A stretch of 64,000 nt of DNA, taken from assembly GCA_030704615.1 (NCBI GenBank), contig CM060732.1:44392001-44456000 (forward strand), given 5' to 3'. A program made the position numbers and the translations under genes. The DNA comes from Takakia lepidozioides. Its lineage: Eukaryota > Plantae > Bryophyta. Positions 48,304-60,189 of this stretch are shown here, one piece after another (the first letter of the stretch is position 1; each line of letters starts with the position of its first letter). Under the pieces are notes generated by a model. The model was given only the letters and a program-made list of their open reading frames with translations. It was not told the DNA's origin and searched no databases.

Positions 48304-51300
48304 TCAACCCCCTCCAGCTGTGTCCATGTCTACCATCTCAGGAAGATCCAGGAATGTAACACGCACCCGCAAAACCCCCGTTAACCTCCTATCGTTCACA
48401 TTTAACACTCCTGACGTCTCTCCTCCCATTAATGCAAGAAGGGACTCATCCAAGTTGGGTCGGGTCATCTCCTCCAACACTGGTGGTGCCTGCATATAGA
48501 GGTTGTTGCCATGGTGCGACACACTAGGCTTTGAGAGCTTCAGTTTGAATCTCGAGTCCTTCAGCAGTGTGTCTATGAACTGCAAGGCATGCAAGGAAGT
48601 CCCATACATTACTTATAGTGCATAGTGTATGAAAATAATTAACGTCCAAGGCTGAAAAGAGTTTGACCTATGTCGGAAGTAAAAACTGCAATATAACAGA
48701 GTAAGGCAGGAAAGGATCAGGAAGTCCCAGGTAATCGGTATAGAATCAAATGGATCATGCCAAAAGAAAAGCACAAAATTAGACAGAAAGGAGGGCTGAC
48801 AAATCAAAACTTAGGTGTCCTTTGTATATCAATCATTCTTTCAAAAGATCTTTGCTCCACAGCCCCAGAGAAGGTAAGATTTACCTTTTGCAATGTGATT
48901 GAGGTATCCACCTCAATGGGAACACCAGCACTGCAAATAATGCAATTGAGGTCCTTATCATGGGGCACAGTAAGCATGTAGATACCCTCTGTCCCTGTGT
49001 ACCTGCCACCATCAGTTCATTTTCCTCAACTCCCATATCTTTGCCCCAGTGCAAGAAACAACTGATCCGCTTGCAGGTACTGCCGAAACGTTGAAAGATT
49101 AAGCCCTGCCAGTTCGAAGTCGGCATGTGCAACTGGAGAACTACCAGTCAGGGTCATTCCTACCTTAACAAACTCAGTTCAGTTCCCTGCTCCTATCTAT
49201 ACAAGACTGAAAATGGAAGGTGATCTAAAAGCAACTTGGCAAACACGGCCTAAGCTAAATATCCCAGGTGGTTACACCTGCTTGAAATATTCCAGGCACT
49301 CATAAACTTGAGATATACCTTATTCAGTCACTTTACAGGACCATATACATAGACCAGCAGAATATTGGAAAGGAGAAGGTGAGGGAGGAGAAGATGGAAA
49401 GACGGGAAAAGGGAGAGGGCTAACACACTGCATATAGACATCCATGAATGTGCTGCACATGGTGGCAATTTTGAGGGTCTCCAGTGCACATGTAGCAGCC
49501 ACGATAGCGTTTGTTGAAGCAATGGCTGGCACTATGTTTTTCACCACTCCCTGCACAAGGTGAACTTAACTATTTGAGCATCTGCAGAACTACTAAGGAT
49601 CCCATCAACACCTCCCTCTCCTTGCAGCTCATGCACTGAGGATACCTGTAAAGCACCTCACTCCCATTAACAAAAGATAGTAAGGCAGAGCCCCACAAGT
49701 ATCTCATATCTCCTCCACCCCTAAAAACCGGAAGATTGACATGCTATAGCGGATAGGACATGCAAGCAAAGGACATTTTCTTAACAAGCCACCCCTGCTC
49801 TTTCCTCAATATAAAAGCAATATATGATCCAAAAATACAGATACTCAAATGATCACATTGCCCCTGTCGTTGAACTCTATTCAAAGAGCTGAATAGGATC
49901 AACAGTGAGCACACTTCCGACTGTACAATACACACCAGTCATACGACAAACCAGATTGAACAACATTGAGACCTCTTCAATATATCTCACAAGAGGCCTC
50001 TTGGACAAACTAAAAACACTACCTCGTCTGACTTGACCACTCAAAGCCTGGCTGAAAGCTAATGCCATGACAGGATTGGAGAATAATCCGCACCCAAGAC
50101 CAGCATCATGGCCACTGGTCGCAAACAGTGTACTAAAGCAAACCTGGGTTAGGGAGTATGTGACACCACCGATGTTGAATTGCTCCGCCCTCTTCACAGC
50201 CTGCACTCATAAAACAAAGTAACCCATTCAGAACTCGCCACAAACAACTGTTCCAGCCACAAAGTAACGAGTAGGTTAATTAATGTGCACACTAAAAAAT
50301 TCCCAAAAGAAGAAGTGGCCTTTTTCAACCATAATATGCAGAGGCAACTTCAATTGATATGCCATTGATGAAATTTGTAACAAAAAAACCACACAAGACA
50401 CCTTTGCATTAATCAATCCACCTTGTGCCACCCAACAGCAGTCCCCCAGGGCATGACTTATCAGAGAAAACTAGATAGAAAGTAGTTGCTCTTCACACTT
50501 TCAAAGAACTCCACAAAGAGATGATGAAAACAGACTGTGTGTACAGAAAAAGTCCATAGGAATAGGCAAATCGTCTGAGAAAATTAATATGATGAATTCT
50601 TCAGTGTTTGCTGAAATAGCTCAGTTGCTGTGATAAGGAATGTGCCTGTTATCGAGAATGTGAATGCTTATCACAGGGACTGAGCTATTTCAGCCAATTA
50701 AGGGCAAAAGAACACCAGTGATTCAAGATTCCCAGGCAGATTTACTACCTGATCATAGATCCACCTCATGTGCTCCGGATTGTCTGCATCAAACACGTCT
50801 CCTTGCCGATCCTGTCACACGGACACCCAACTCTATCAGACATAAATTGATAGTCAGGTTGTCAGCCTTTCCCCTCTTGGTTGTGAACAGACTACCTTCC
50901 CAGAAGTACTGACCCATGGCATACAGCTACGACAAAGACAATCTGCCGAGCAGGGACAAGCCATGCTGCCGATTTCCAAAGATTGCTTTGCAGGAAGGTC
51001 AGAGTATGCATGAAACTGTCCTGATGGATGGATAATGCTATCGTGATGAAAACATGGTGCTTACAGATGAGTATTTGTCCTGCTTGATGACAACATCCAT
51101 GAGGAGACATTTTGTAAAACCTGGCTATCCATAATGGGAAGTTAAGCACTGTAATGTGGTATATCACAATCACATTGTGACAACGATATTCAATCTGATC
51201 AGAGCCCAAACGAGCTGCTTTTATGGAACCGAAGTCCAGTGACCTTAACAAATCAAGGGAAGAGCAAGGAATGTGCATAGCTGACAACAGGAATACGGAA

Positions 51301-54300
51301 GGCTTCTTGAACAACCAAATCAATTCAAAGATACCTGCAAGAAGGGTGTCATACCTGCCCCCATTGGATGAGGTGGGCGTACTCAATGCAGTGAGCTGGT
51401 GATCGTGGCGTCTCAGCAAGTGTGCACAATGGGAAAGTAACTTGGGGGGGAAAGAGCCACAGAGAGCAGTGAAAGCAGGGGGTTAAGCCTGGCAATATAA
51501 CTCGGGCATGGCCCTTAAATCCTTCCGTGCCACCGTCCACCAATGGCTTGATCGTAGAAAGATTTGGTGATCCGTCTGGCTCGTACTCTTCTCCACAAAC
51601 AATATACGTCAATGTAAGTGCCAAATAAAGTCCAAAACCCAACAATAAGACTTGACAAAAAATAACACAACTGATGTTTTGTCCTGTACCTCACAAAAAC
51701 TTCTGCCTCTCAATGTCTCAACTTCACTATGCACTTTTTCTCTCTCCCTCCCTCTGTGGATGGGTGACATGGCTGTATGCACCAGTTTTGGGCGGTTAAT
51801 TGATATTGTCATAAATAACTGCAGGTTATATACCGACATCACCAGTGGGGGCCAAAACCTAGGTCCCTAGCATGGTGCAGAACCAGCGGTTGGGCAGGCA
51901 TGGATAACCGCCTGGGACTGGTACCCAAGATTGGGCAGTTTATCAATAAATAACCCATGGTGGACCTGGCAGGCAAGTGGGGTGGTTACACCCAGGGTAT
52001 GATCTGAAGTGGTTTTAGGAGGCAGCTGAACCGCCCTCCACTTTGCTCCACTTGTGTGCAGGCTGCATCAACCCTGACCCTTTTGTCAGGTTAAACCTTA
52101 AACCCTGCATTTTTCCCTGATGGCAAGTGCTGGAAATAATGATTGAAAGAATCGTTCCGCCAGGATCCAAAGAGAGGTGCTAGAGGGTAGCATACCTAGG
52201 AAACCACATACAACAGAGTTGATGTAGCTGCGAGCTTCAAGGGAATCCAAGCCCAGAACAATGATCTGAAAGTCTTGATAAAATGAGGTGTCCTTCTCCT
52301 CAATCCGGCAGAAGTGAGGAACCACATTCACACCCTTCACGCGCTGCATCACCTTTTTGGCGGCCACCTCTGCCTTTGCCTTCCCCACATCCTGCATCCT
52401 GTAGCCCGCATGAACCTCAATAACACCAACTCTTCTTCAATTCCAGATTTAAGTATTGCCTCTCACAGCCAGTAACATATGGCATAAAACATTATTCAAA
52501 TGGACATCAACTCAATATCTCCACTGATTGAAAAATCAGCAAAAGCCAATGTTGTACGTTTGCTGCTGCGGCAATGTTCATGAGCATGTTGATATTCAGC
52601 ACCTCCTTCAAACTGGATCATGGAGATAAAACTAAACATAGGATCATTGCAAGAGTAGTCTACATAAAAGTGCCTGTTTTGAATGGGTTATATACTGTGT
52701 TTGCAACATCCTGGCAATCATTGACATCTGCACCAAAGACAGATTACGGATTCATTGCCAGGTATACAGGCTTGTTAGTGTATCACGACCTCCTATACAA
52801 ACCTCTACAGAAAGACACTCCGATGAACACCCCAAAAGAGATCTCGACAAAAGCCTACAAATCTCGGAAAGATTTATAACTACAACTTTCGCATTGTCAA
52901 GCTGATCTGACTACCCTCAACCATGCCTTGACACCCACAATGTTTAAAGAGCCGACCGGTCAATCCTCCTGAGGTAATGCCACAAAAGTTGACCTCAAAT
53001 TATCCAGAAGGAAAACCAAAAAAGTTGACACCCACAATTTAGTCAAGCTTCAACCTTTTTGAGAAGAAGTGGATGCAAGCATCCCTCCAAAATGTCAATC
53101 CATCAAGGCACATTAAAGATCGTCTTCATCAAATCCTTGAAGGTCTGACCTCATCATCATCTAGAGCATGCAGACAACTGAATGCATGATCTTCAGAGAG
53201 GAACCGTATGTGAGGGTTTTTCCTCAAAGCTTGATTGATTGAACGTTCAATCCAAAAAATTTCAATATCCATAACAAATGGTCCTTAAAGTTCCATAATC
53301 TATAAGGGCAAATTAAGATTGCCAAGATACTCGAAGGAATCCAATCCATATCATCTTCCTCAGAAGCATTTGCAAACCTGGACATTTGAAGGCAGATCCA
53401 TAAAATTTCAATGCAGACAGAGCAAAGACTACATGGGATTGACTTGATGCTGACCAACCACAATCAGTTGCCTGGACACGAAACATCTCCTGGCTCTGCC
53501 TCTCTGTAAGCTGTTCATATAGGCCTAAACCCTAAACCCTGATGCTCCATTTCGAGCATGTCCCCCCCACAAACTAGAAGGGGCGCTTAGAAGTAACATA
53601 ACTTACTCCTCCAGATAAATTGTATTACAGAGGAAAGTAGATTTTTTGAGAAGGAGGGTGGGAAGCATAAATGGCAAACAAACCTGAAGAGAAATTGCCG
53701 ATTGAGGTTCGAAACATCAATGGTATCCATGTCAATAACGTCTATATTGCTGAATCCAGACAATGCCAAATCCTTGAGCAGCTCGCATCCCAGCCCGCCT
53801 GCCCCAATTACTAGCACACGGAAATCTTGCAGAAATCCTCGTAACTGCATTTCCCCACTCACCCTTCCCTTTCAGGAAAATGGACCAATCTGGAGCGGTG
53901 TCTAACTGATTCCAAAGCCGAACACAAACCACGCTTCTTGAGACCTATTGCTAGATCTGACACCGGGTAAAATTTCTCACTGCTCTACTAGCCAGTGGAG
54001 GATAGCGCAAGCTTCACTTCTGATATTATTGCTACAGTACTCTTCTAACACCTTCCCCAAACGAAGTCCTCCACTGTGCTGCCGAGAATATTTCCATATT
54101 TTTTCGCACAGTTGGTGTGCTGTATCTAACAAACCCATCACCAGAAACCGAATGAAGGCCAAGAAAGAATGCGGAGCCAATGGGATCGAGAAATGTCATC
54201 AGAATTGCGAGCAACTAACATCCTGGGAAAAGAATTCACCAAAAACAAGAGGAATTAGAAACAATCGAGAAATTCAGGCATAATAAAACAGCGTACGTGC

Positions 54301-54516
54301 CATCAAAACCTCATGGATGGGCTCCAATTCCGATCCAAAGAGATCACCAGAACGCAGAATAAATTGAGCCAGTCATACAAAAAGGAGAAAACGGAAACCC
54401 AAACGTGAAAATTGGGGAAACGAGATGCTTACCTCAGGCCCAGGCTCAAAGCCCGGTCCAACGAGGTTCCCAGGGCGCAGAAGCAAGCGATCCAGATCCT
54501 TCCAGCGGCCCTCCAT
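48304..54516 (-). CDS. ECR1: NEDD8/RUB-activating enzyme E1 catalytic subunit; exons 54516-54433, 53844-53684, 52398-52196, 51587-51355, 50811-50749, 50200-50144, 49550-49429, 49002-48885, 48579-48304
   Basis: [13 protein letters not shown]; [38 protein letters not shown]; [12 protein letters not shown]; [13 protein letters not shown]..catalytic [11 protein letters not shown]; [13 protein letters not shown]; C-terminal E2-binding [11 protein letters not shown]; GT-AG introns in phase. Confidence 0.96.
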
Positions 54517-55921
54517 GGTGATGGACAGCGCTCCGAGGGCCAGGCAGGGCCCCGAGCTGAAATCCGGCAGCAATCCGCCTGCTCCTCTAGCTGCTCCCAT
54601 CTACCTACTTCCCTTCTTCTTCCCTCTCTTCTCCTCTCCCCTCCTCACCTACCACCGGCCACAGCCGGTGACCACGTTATCGGTTATTACCACGTCATAT
54701 ATATTATGAGTTGACGAAGTTTAGAGTGCGTATAGAGTGCATGGTAAACAAGGCTTATTAGAAGGACGCCCTTGTCATACTCAAGGAGCTCTTCACTGTT
54801 TCTGATATAATCTGAACTTCTCTTCATGTAGCTTTCGTTTTCCATTCATCATGTAAGAGGGACAAGGTACATGCCATTCTTTTCAGACTTTCTGGTTTTT
54901 TGTTTCCAAGGAAACACCAGGCCCCAGCTACTGGAACTTTCTGAGCCATGGTGGCATTACAGGGGCAGAGAGACAGATGACAGGGATTTGAAATCCAAGA
55001 CCCACGGGCTAGTATATGAGTGGCTTACCACTGGGCCAAAGCCCTGTTGTGAACTATTTTCTTGTTGATACACATCTTAAATATGGTCCTATAACAAACA
55101 TCTCTGTCTCAACAGTTGCTTGTCTTTTCTATGCATTGCAGAAACATTAGAGTTTTGTAATGTTTACCAGACTCATCACAATAATCTCTCAACACCACCT
55201 CATCACCACATTAACATCAAAACCAGAGATCCATAGTGAGATCCTATCTCCCCGCTTGTGCCTCCAGGTCTCTTGTAATTCACGCAAATCCAAGTTAAAA
55301 AACCAGCTGGAAATTGATTTTTTTTTTCCAAAGAGCCCAAAATGGCCAGAGTTTCATCAGTGTCAAATTGCTAGATCTTAGCCCCATTTCCTTGGATTGT
55401 TGGCATGGCAGTGAGGTGGCCATAGAATGTGTGGTCAATTATCTAAAACTCTCTTTTTCCAGATTTCTTTTGGTGAGAGGGTTGGGGTTTTAAGAAAAAG
55501 TGAAAGTTGATCAGTGGGTTGATCTGTTGATCTTAAGGATTGATGTAGGGCAAACATTTATCTCCAGCCCCCTCCCACAATTGGAGTGAATATGATAGCA
55601 TACAGCCTGTGCTCATGTGTGAGCGTGATATCTTTGTTGAGTTATAGAGAGAGGTTTAGTCAGGGTCACTGACTTGTCTTGAGATGGAGCAAGGCATACT
55701 TGAGGCAGCTAGAAGGAGCCAATACTCATTGGCAAGCAGCAAGAGAGGTCTTTGGGGTGGGAGGTTGATTTGCTCAGAAGTTGATTAGTTGTTTGAGCAC
55801 TTCCTATAAGAGGTTTGATGGTAGCAAACAATATGAGACATCTCAGATTGTGAAACGTAGATCTGTCCTTAAATGCCATTCCTTTTGGGACGAGTGTACA
55901 GTGGATATGTTGAGAACCCAT

Positions 55922-56431
55922 TCAGACCTTAGAGACGATCATGAAGTGGTTTGCTTCAGTTTGCACATGGGACCGGTTGATTTCTTTCACACTGATGCAG
56001 CCAGCCAGTGCCACGGCCAATTCAAAATCCTCTCTTAGCATCCATAACACTTCATGCCTGCACAGGCAAGTCCACCTCCCAATCTCCATCAATAGGATAG
56101 TCAGTCATAAATCAATCAAAATATAGGTGGTGGTTAAAGTAAATGTTCATAAGATAGCACAGAACTTAGGTGTTAAACTTTGTATGGTTGCGAGAAAAAT
56201 GAAAGAACGAGAAAATAAACTCCACATCCACGGGCCCCCAGATGGTGGCAGAACAACAAGAAACCAGATGAAGAAAACTCCAGATGTTGCTAGGAGATGA
56301 TGACAACAGGGTAGTTTGAGTGAAGAGGACGAACAAATATACCTGATCCACCTTGAGCCAAAATCTTAAGAACATCAGTACCACGGTGTACCCCTCCATC
56401 GAGGAAGACTGGTTCCGGCAGCTTGTACAAC
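55922..56431 (-). pseudogene. Glycolate oxidase / (S)-2-hydroxy-acid oxidase remnant: last two exons (56431-56335, 56083-55922)
   Basis: [31 protein letters not shown]|IGR..MLREDFELAVALAGCISVKEINRSHVQTE..SKV* (FMN-binding DGGVRRGTD motif, PTS1-like end); frameshifting deletions; no upstream exons recognised. Confidence 0.85.
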
Positions 56432-57251
56432 CTGCAGTTTCCATCATACAGTTCAATGACAAGAAAATAGATCAATACACTATGGAAGGGTTGGAGGCTG
56501 CAAGAGATTTTGGAAAGCCTACAAACCCAAGCCTGTCAACTCAACTTTGTTTGCAGCTGTCTGAAGCTTTAGGAAGCTGTTACATGGAATCACAGTGAAG
56601 GGTAGTACATAGGAATTCCAGCACCTCCACCTGAGAAAACAGCGTCTAGAGGAACATAAAAACAAGTGGCCAGCCTCCTCAAACAGGTGTTAGACTCCTG
56701 TTTAGTGAGGAAACTCTACAAAGGATGTCACATCCTTCAAATAACGCTTCTAGTTGAGATACTTGACAAGTAACAAGGAGGTGAGCTCCATAAGCCAATT
56801 GGTCACTTTTCTGAAGTTTGTGAAATTTCGTTGAAAAATAGAAGCTTAAAGAAACCTGAAGCTCTTGAAATATGCTTCAAAGCTGCAGGTCCATATGCCC
56901 GAACTTCTTACACCCAAGGGGTTGGAGTGCAATATGGTTTTCAAACTAGAAGCTTATTCAAATACATCAGATGTAGGTTCAGGAGACTGACTTGTGAAGG
57001 CCTTCAAGGAACCTTCATTCTGAATTGAGTACTCTTAAGGCACATTCAACAAGCCCAAGAGCTTCAGGTCTTTATATTTCTAGAGCTTAAACGAAGATCA
57101 TAAACACTACAAACATGACCAAGCGGCTAACAGAGCTTACCTTCTTTTGCAGTCCCTTTGCCGTCCCTACTCCTTGCAGGCCATCCCTAGCTTTCATCCA
57201 TCACTCATCATGACCTATCCATTGAAGCAATGTACCTTCATGGATGTTGCT

Positions 57252-59964
57252 TCACCAGTAATCCCCACAAGAACAAAGCCCATCTTTGAAGTGGTGAAAA
57301 CGATTGGTATCCCGTACTACGATTTCTCGCTCAACAATCTTTGAGATGAACTTGGTGGCCGTATGGCAGTCACCACAAACCCGAAGGTTCTTGATGACAA
57401 GAAGAGGCATCCCAGGGGAAGTGCTGATCAGCCCAAAAGCAATGGCCAGCTTTTCACTGTGGTAACAAAGAGAAAATTCCTTTTGCTCCTCCTCCACATC
57501 ATGCAATGCAAAGCGCGTGTCAGGCACATACCCGGCCTCCTTTATCTGCCCAGATAATCTCTCCAGCTGAGCATGGATTTCCAAGATTTGCGGATGCGAT
57601 TTGTCATCTACAAGAAATATATGCACCTGTTTGTTGACCTCAATGCAGCAGTGACCAGGCTCTTTCCTGACACCCCGGTCCTTCATCATTTTTCTCACTT
57701 TTGCTGTATCATCCCACCTGCCAGCTGCAGCATAGACATTCGATAGCAGCACATAAGGATAGGCATGTTGAGGATCCCATTTAAGAAGACATTTTGCAGC
57801 CCATTCTGCTCGCACCACATCACCATGAATTCTGCAAGCACCAAGCAAGGCCCCCCACACTGCAGCACCTGGTTCCATTGGCATTTTCTTAATTAAGTCC
57901 TCCGCCTCACCCAGTTGCCCTGCACGGCCAAGAATGTCCACCATGCAGCCAAAATGCTCCACTGCAGGGGTGATGCCATGATATCGACCCATGGAACCAA
58001 AGTAGTGACAGCCTTCATCCACTAGGCCCACATGGCTACAAACAGAGAGAACACAGAGAAATGTGATACCATTTGGCTTAGTGCCTTCCTGTTGCATTTG
58101 TTCAAATAGTTGCAGGGACTCCCTACCACAACCGTGCTGGGCATATCCTGCTATCATTGCACTCCATGACACTACATCATGTCGAGCCATATTGTTGAAG
58201 ACTAGGAATGCATCTTTAATGCTCCCGCATTTGGCATACATGTTGACAAGGGCATTCTGCAGAATAATATCTGGTGCAATTGCAGCTTTGATGATGTCAG
58301 CATGGACCTCTTTGCCCTTTTCGAGGGCTGCCAAGACGGCACATGCATTAAGAACGCAAACATATGTGACCTGGTTGGGAATCACCCTGGCGCTCATCAT
58401 TTGCTCATAGGTCTCCAAAGCCTCCCTACCACAGCCGTGCAGAGCATATCCTCCAATCATTGCACTCCACGAGACCACATTTTGCTCAGACATATTGTCA
58501 AAAACTTGACGTGCATCCTTCATGCTCCCACATTTGGCATACATGTCAACGAGAGTATTCTCCAGATTGATATTTGGCTCAACTCCAGCTTTGATGATGT
58601 CAGCATGAATCTCTTTGCCTTTTTCTAGGGCTCCAAGGCAAGCATGGAGCACACAAATGAAAGTGATCTCGTCCGGCTTCGGGCCTTCCCGTATCATTTG
58701 CTGATAGATCTCAAAAGCCTCCCTCCCACACCCATGCTGAGCATATCCTGCAATCATCGCATTCCATGAGGCCACATCTCTCTCAGCCATACTGTCAAAC
58801 ACTCGTCGTACATCCTGCATGCTCCCGCATTTGGCATACATTGAAGCAAGGGCAGTCTCCAGAATGACATCTGGGTCAGTTCCGGCTTTGATGATATCAG
58901 CATGGACCTCTTTGCCCTTTTCCAGGGCTCCTAGGCTGCCGCAAGCTTTGAGGACACAAGTGAATGTGACATTGTTGGGGCTCACCCCTTCCCGTAGCAT
59001 TTCCTCGTATATCTCCAAAGCCTCCCTACCACACCCATGCTTGACATATCCTGCCATTATTATGTTCCAAGTAATTCTATCTCGTTCAGGCATTTTGTCA
59101 AACAATAGGCGTGCATCCACCACACTCCCACACTTGGCATACATGTTAACGAGGCTGTTGTATACAAAAATGCTTGGCTTAACTCCACTATCAATAATGT
59201 GGGCATGCACTTGCTTTCCCTCTGCTAAGCCTTTTATCTTGACGCACTCCTGCAAGAGACACACATAAGTATTGGAGTCTACCGAAATGTTCCCTTGGTT
59301 CAAAATTTGCATTGCCTTTTTCAGTTGTCCTGCCTTAGAGAGCCTCCTCACATCCCCACGAATGAGAGAACAGTCCGTGTGGACCCTCTCCTTTGGTCTT
59401 ATTTCAAAAGTAGTAGTCATGGTGGAGGTGCCAGATTCAAACACCTCTGCTACTGTTGGTTCCAGTTCACCACCTATCCACGCCAGTTTCTTGTAGCTAT
59501 CAATCCACAGTATCTCGTTGGTACTCTTCTTCCTGAAATTTGGTTGGCTCGGATTGATCTGCACCCACCCTCCAATACTACCTCCTTCAGCTATCCCTGT
59601 CCCCCACAACAAAAATGGATACATTCTCGCCTACCCACAAGTAGTACCGGGAAACCCATATCAGCACAATTCAGTTTTGGTGTATAAGCTGTACATGTGT
59701 TCAGGTTCTCCGGAGGATACAATCCCCCTCAACGTGGGCATGCACTTACGTTCAGTAGGAATGGAGGTCAAGAACTGTGAACCTGCTGATAGAGCCCATA
59801 CCGAGAAGATCGGTGCCATCAGACAACCGACGCGATGACGATTTGAGCGAATCCAAGGTCCCAGCAGAAGCACCTTCCAATCTTGCATAGGCCGCTGCAG
59901 CAAAACAGCAGTCGGCGGGATATCGCAATGCCACAGCTCCATGAACAGCCCCTAGGTGCGCCAT
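57252..59964 (-). CDS. PLS-E1-E2-DYW PPR protein, putative C-to-U organellar editing factor; probable exon 1 59964-59802, exon 2 59596-57252
   Basis: 14 PPR motifs ending P2-L2-S2, PG box [24 protein letters not shown]; donor CTCG|GTATGG and acceptor TTGTGGGGGACAG|GG join in phase 1 (exon 1 is inferred). Confidence 0.92.
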
Positions 59965-60189
59965 GGGAGAGCTCCGGGCACAGAGAGTTGTGGAGAACTA
60001 GGACGACCTTAATGGCGGCGTTGCCGTGGACGTGGACGACTTCCGTCTTGAACTGCAACGTAACGTCTCGTCTCGTCTCGTCACAGACATTCCTTGAATC
60101 TTGCTGTCCTATGTTGACCGGATGGAAGTACGAGGAATGCATTTGAAGTGTAATGGTTTGCAACTCATCAGAGATACTAGTCGTGCAGG

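Noticed and set aside
53525-53541. Interstitial telomere
   Set aside because: Only two AAACCCT units; at most a telo-box
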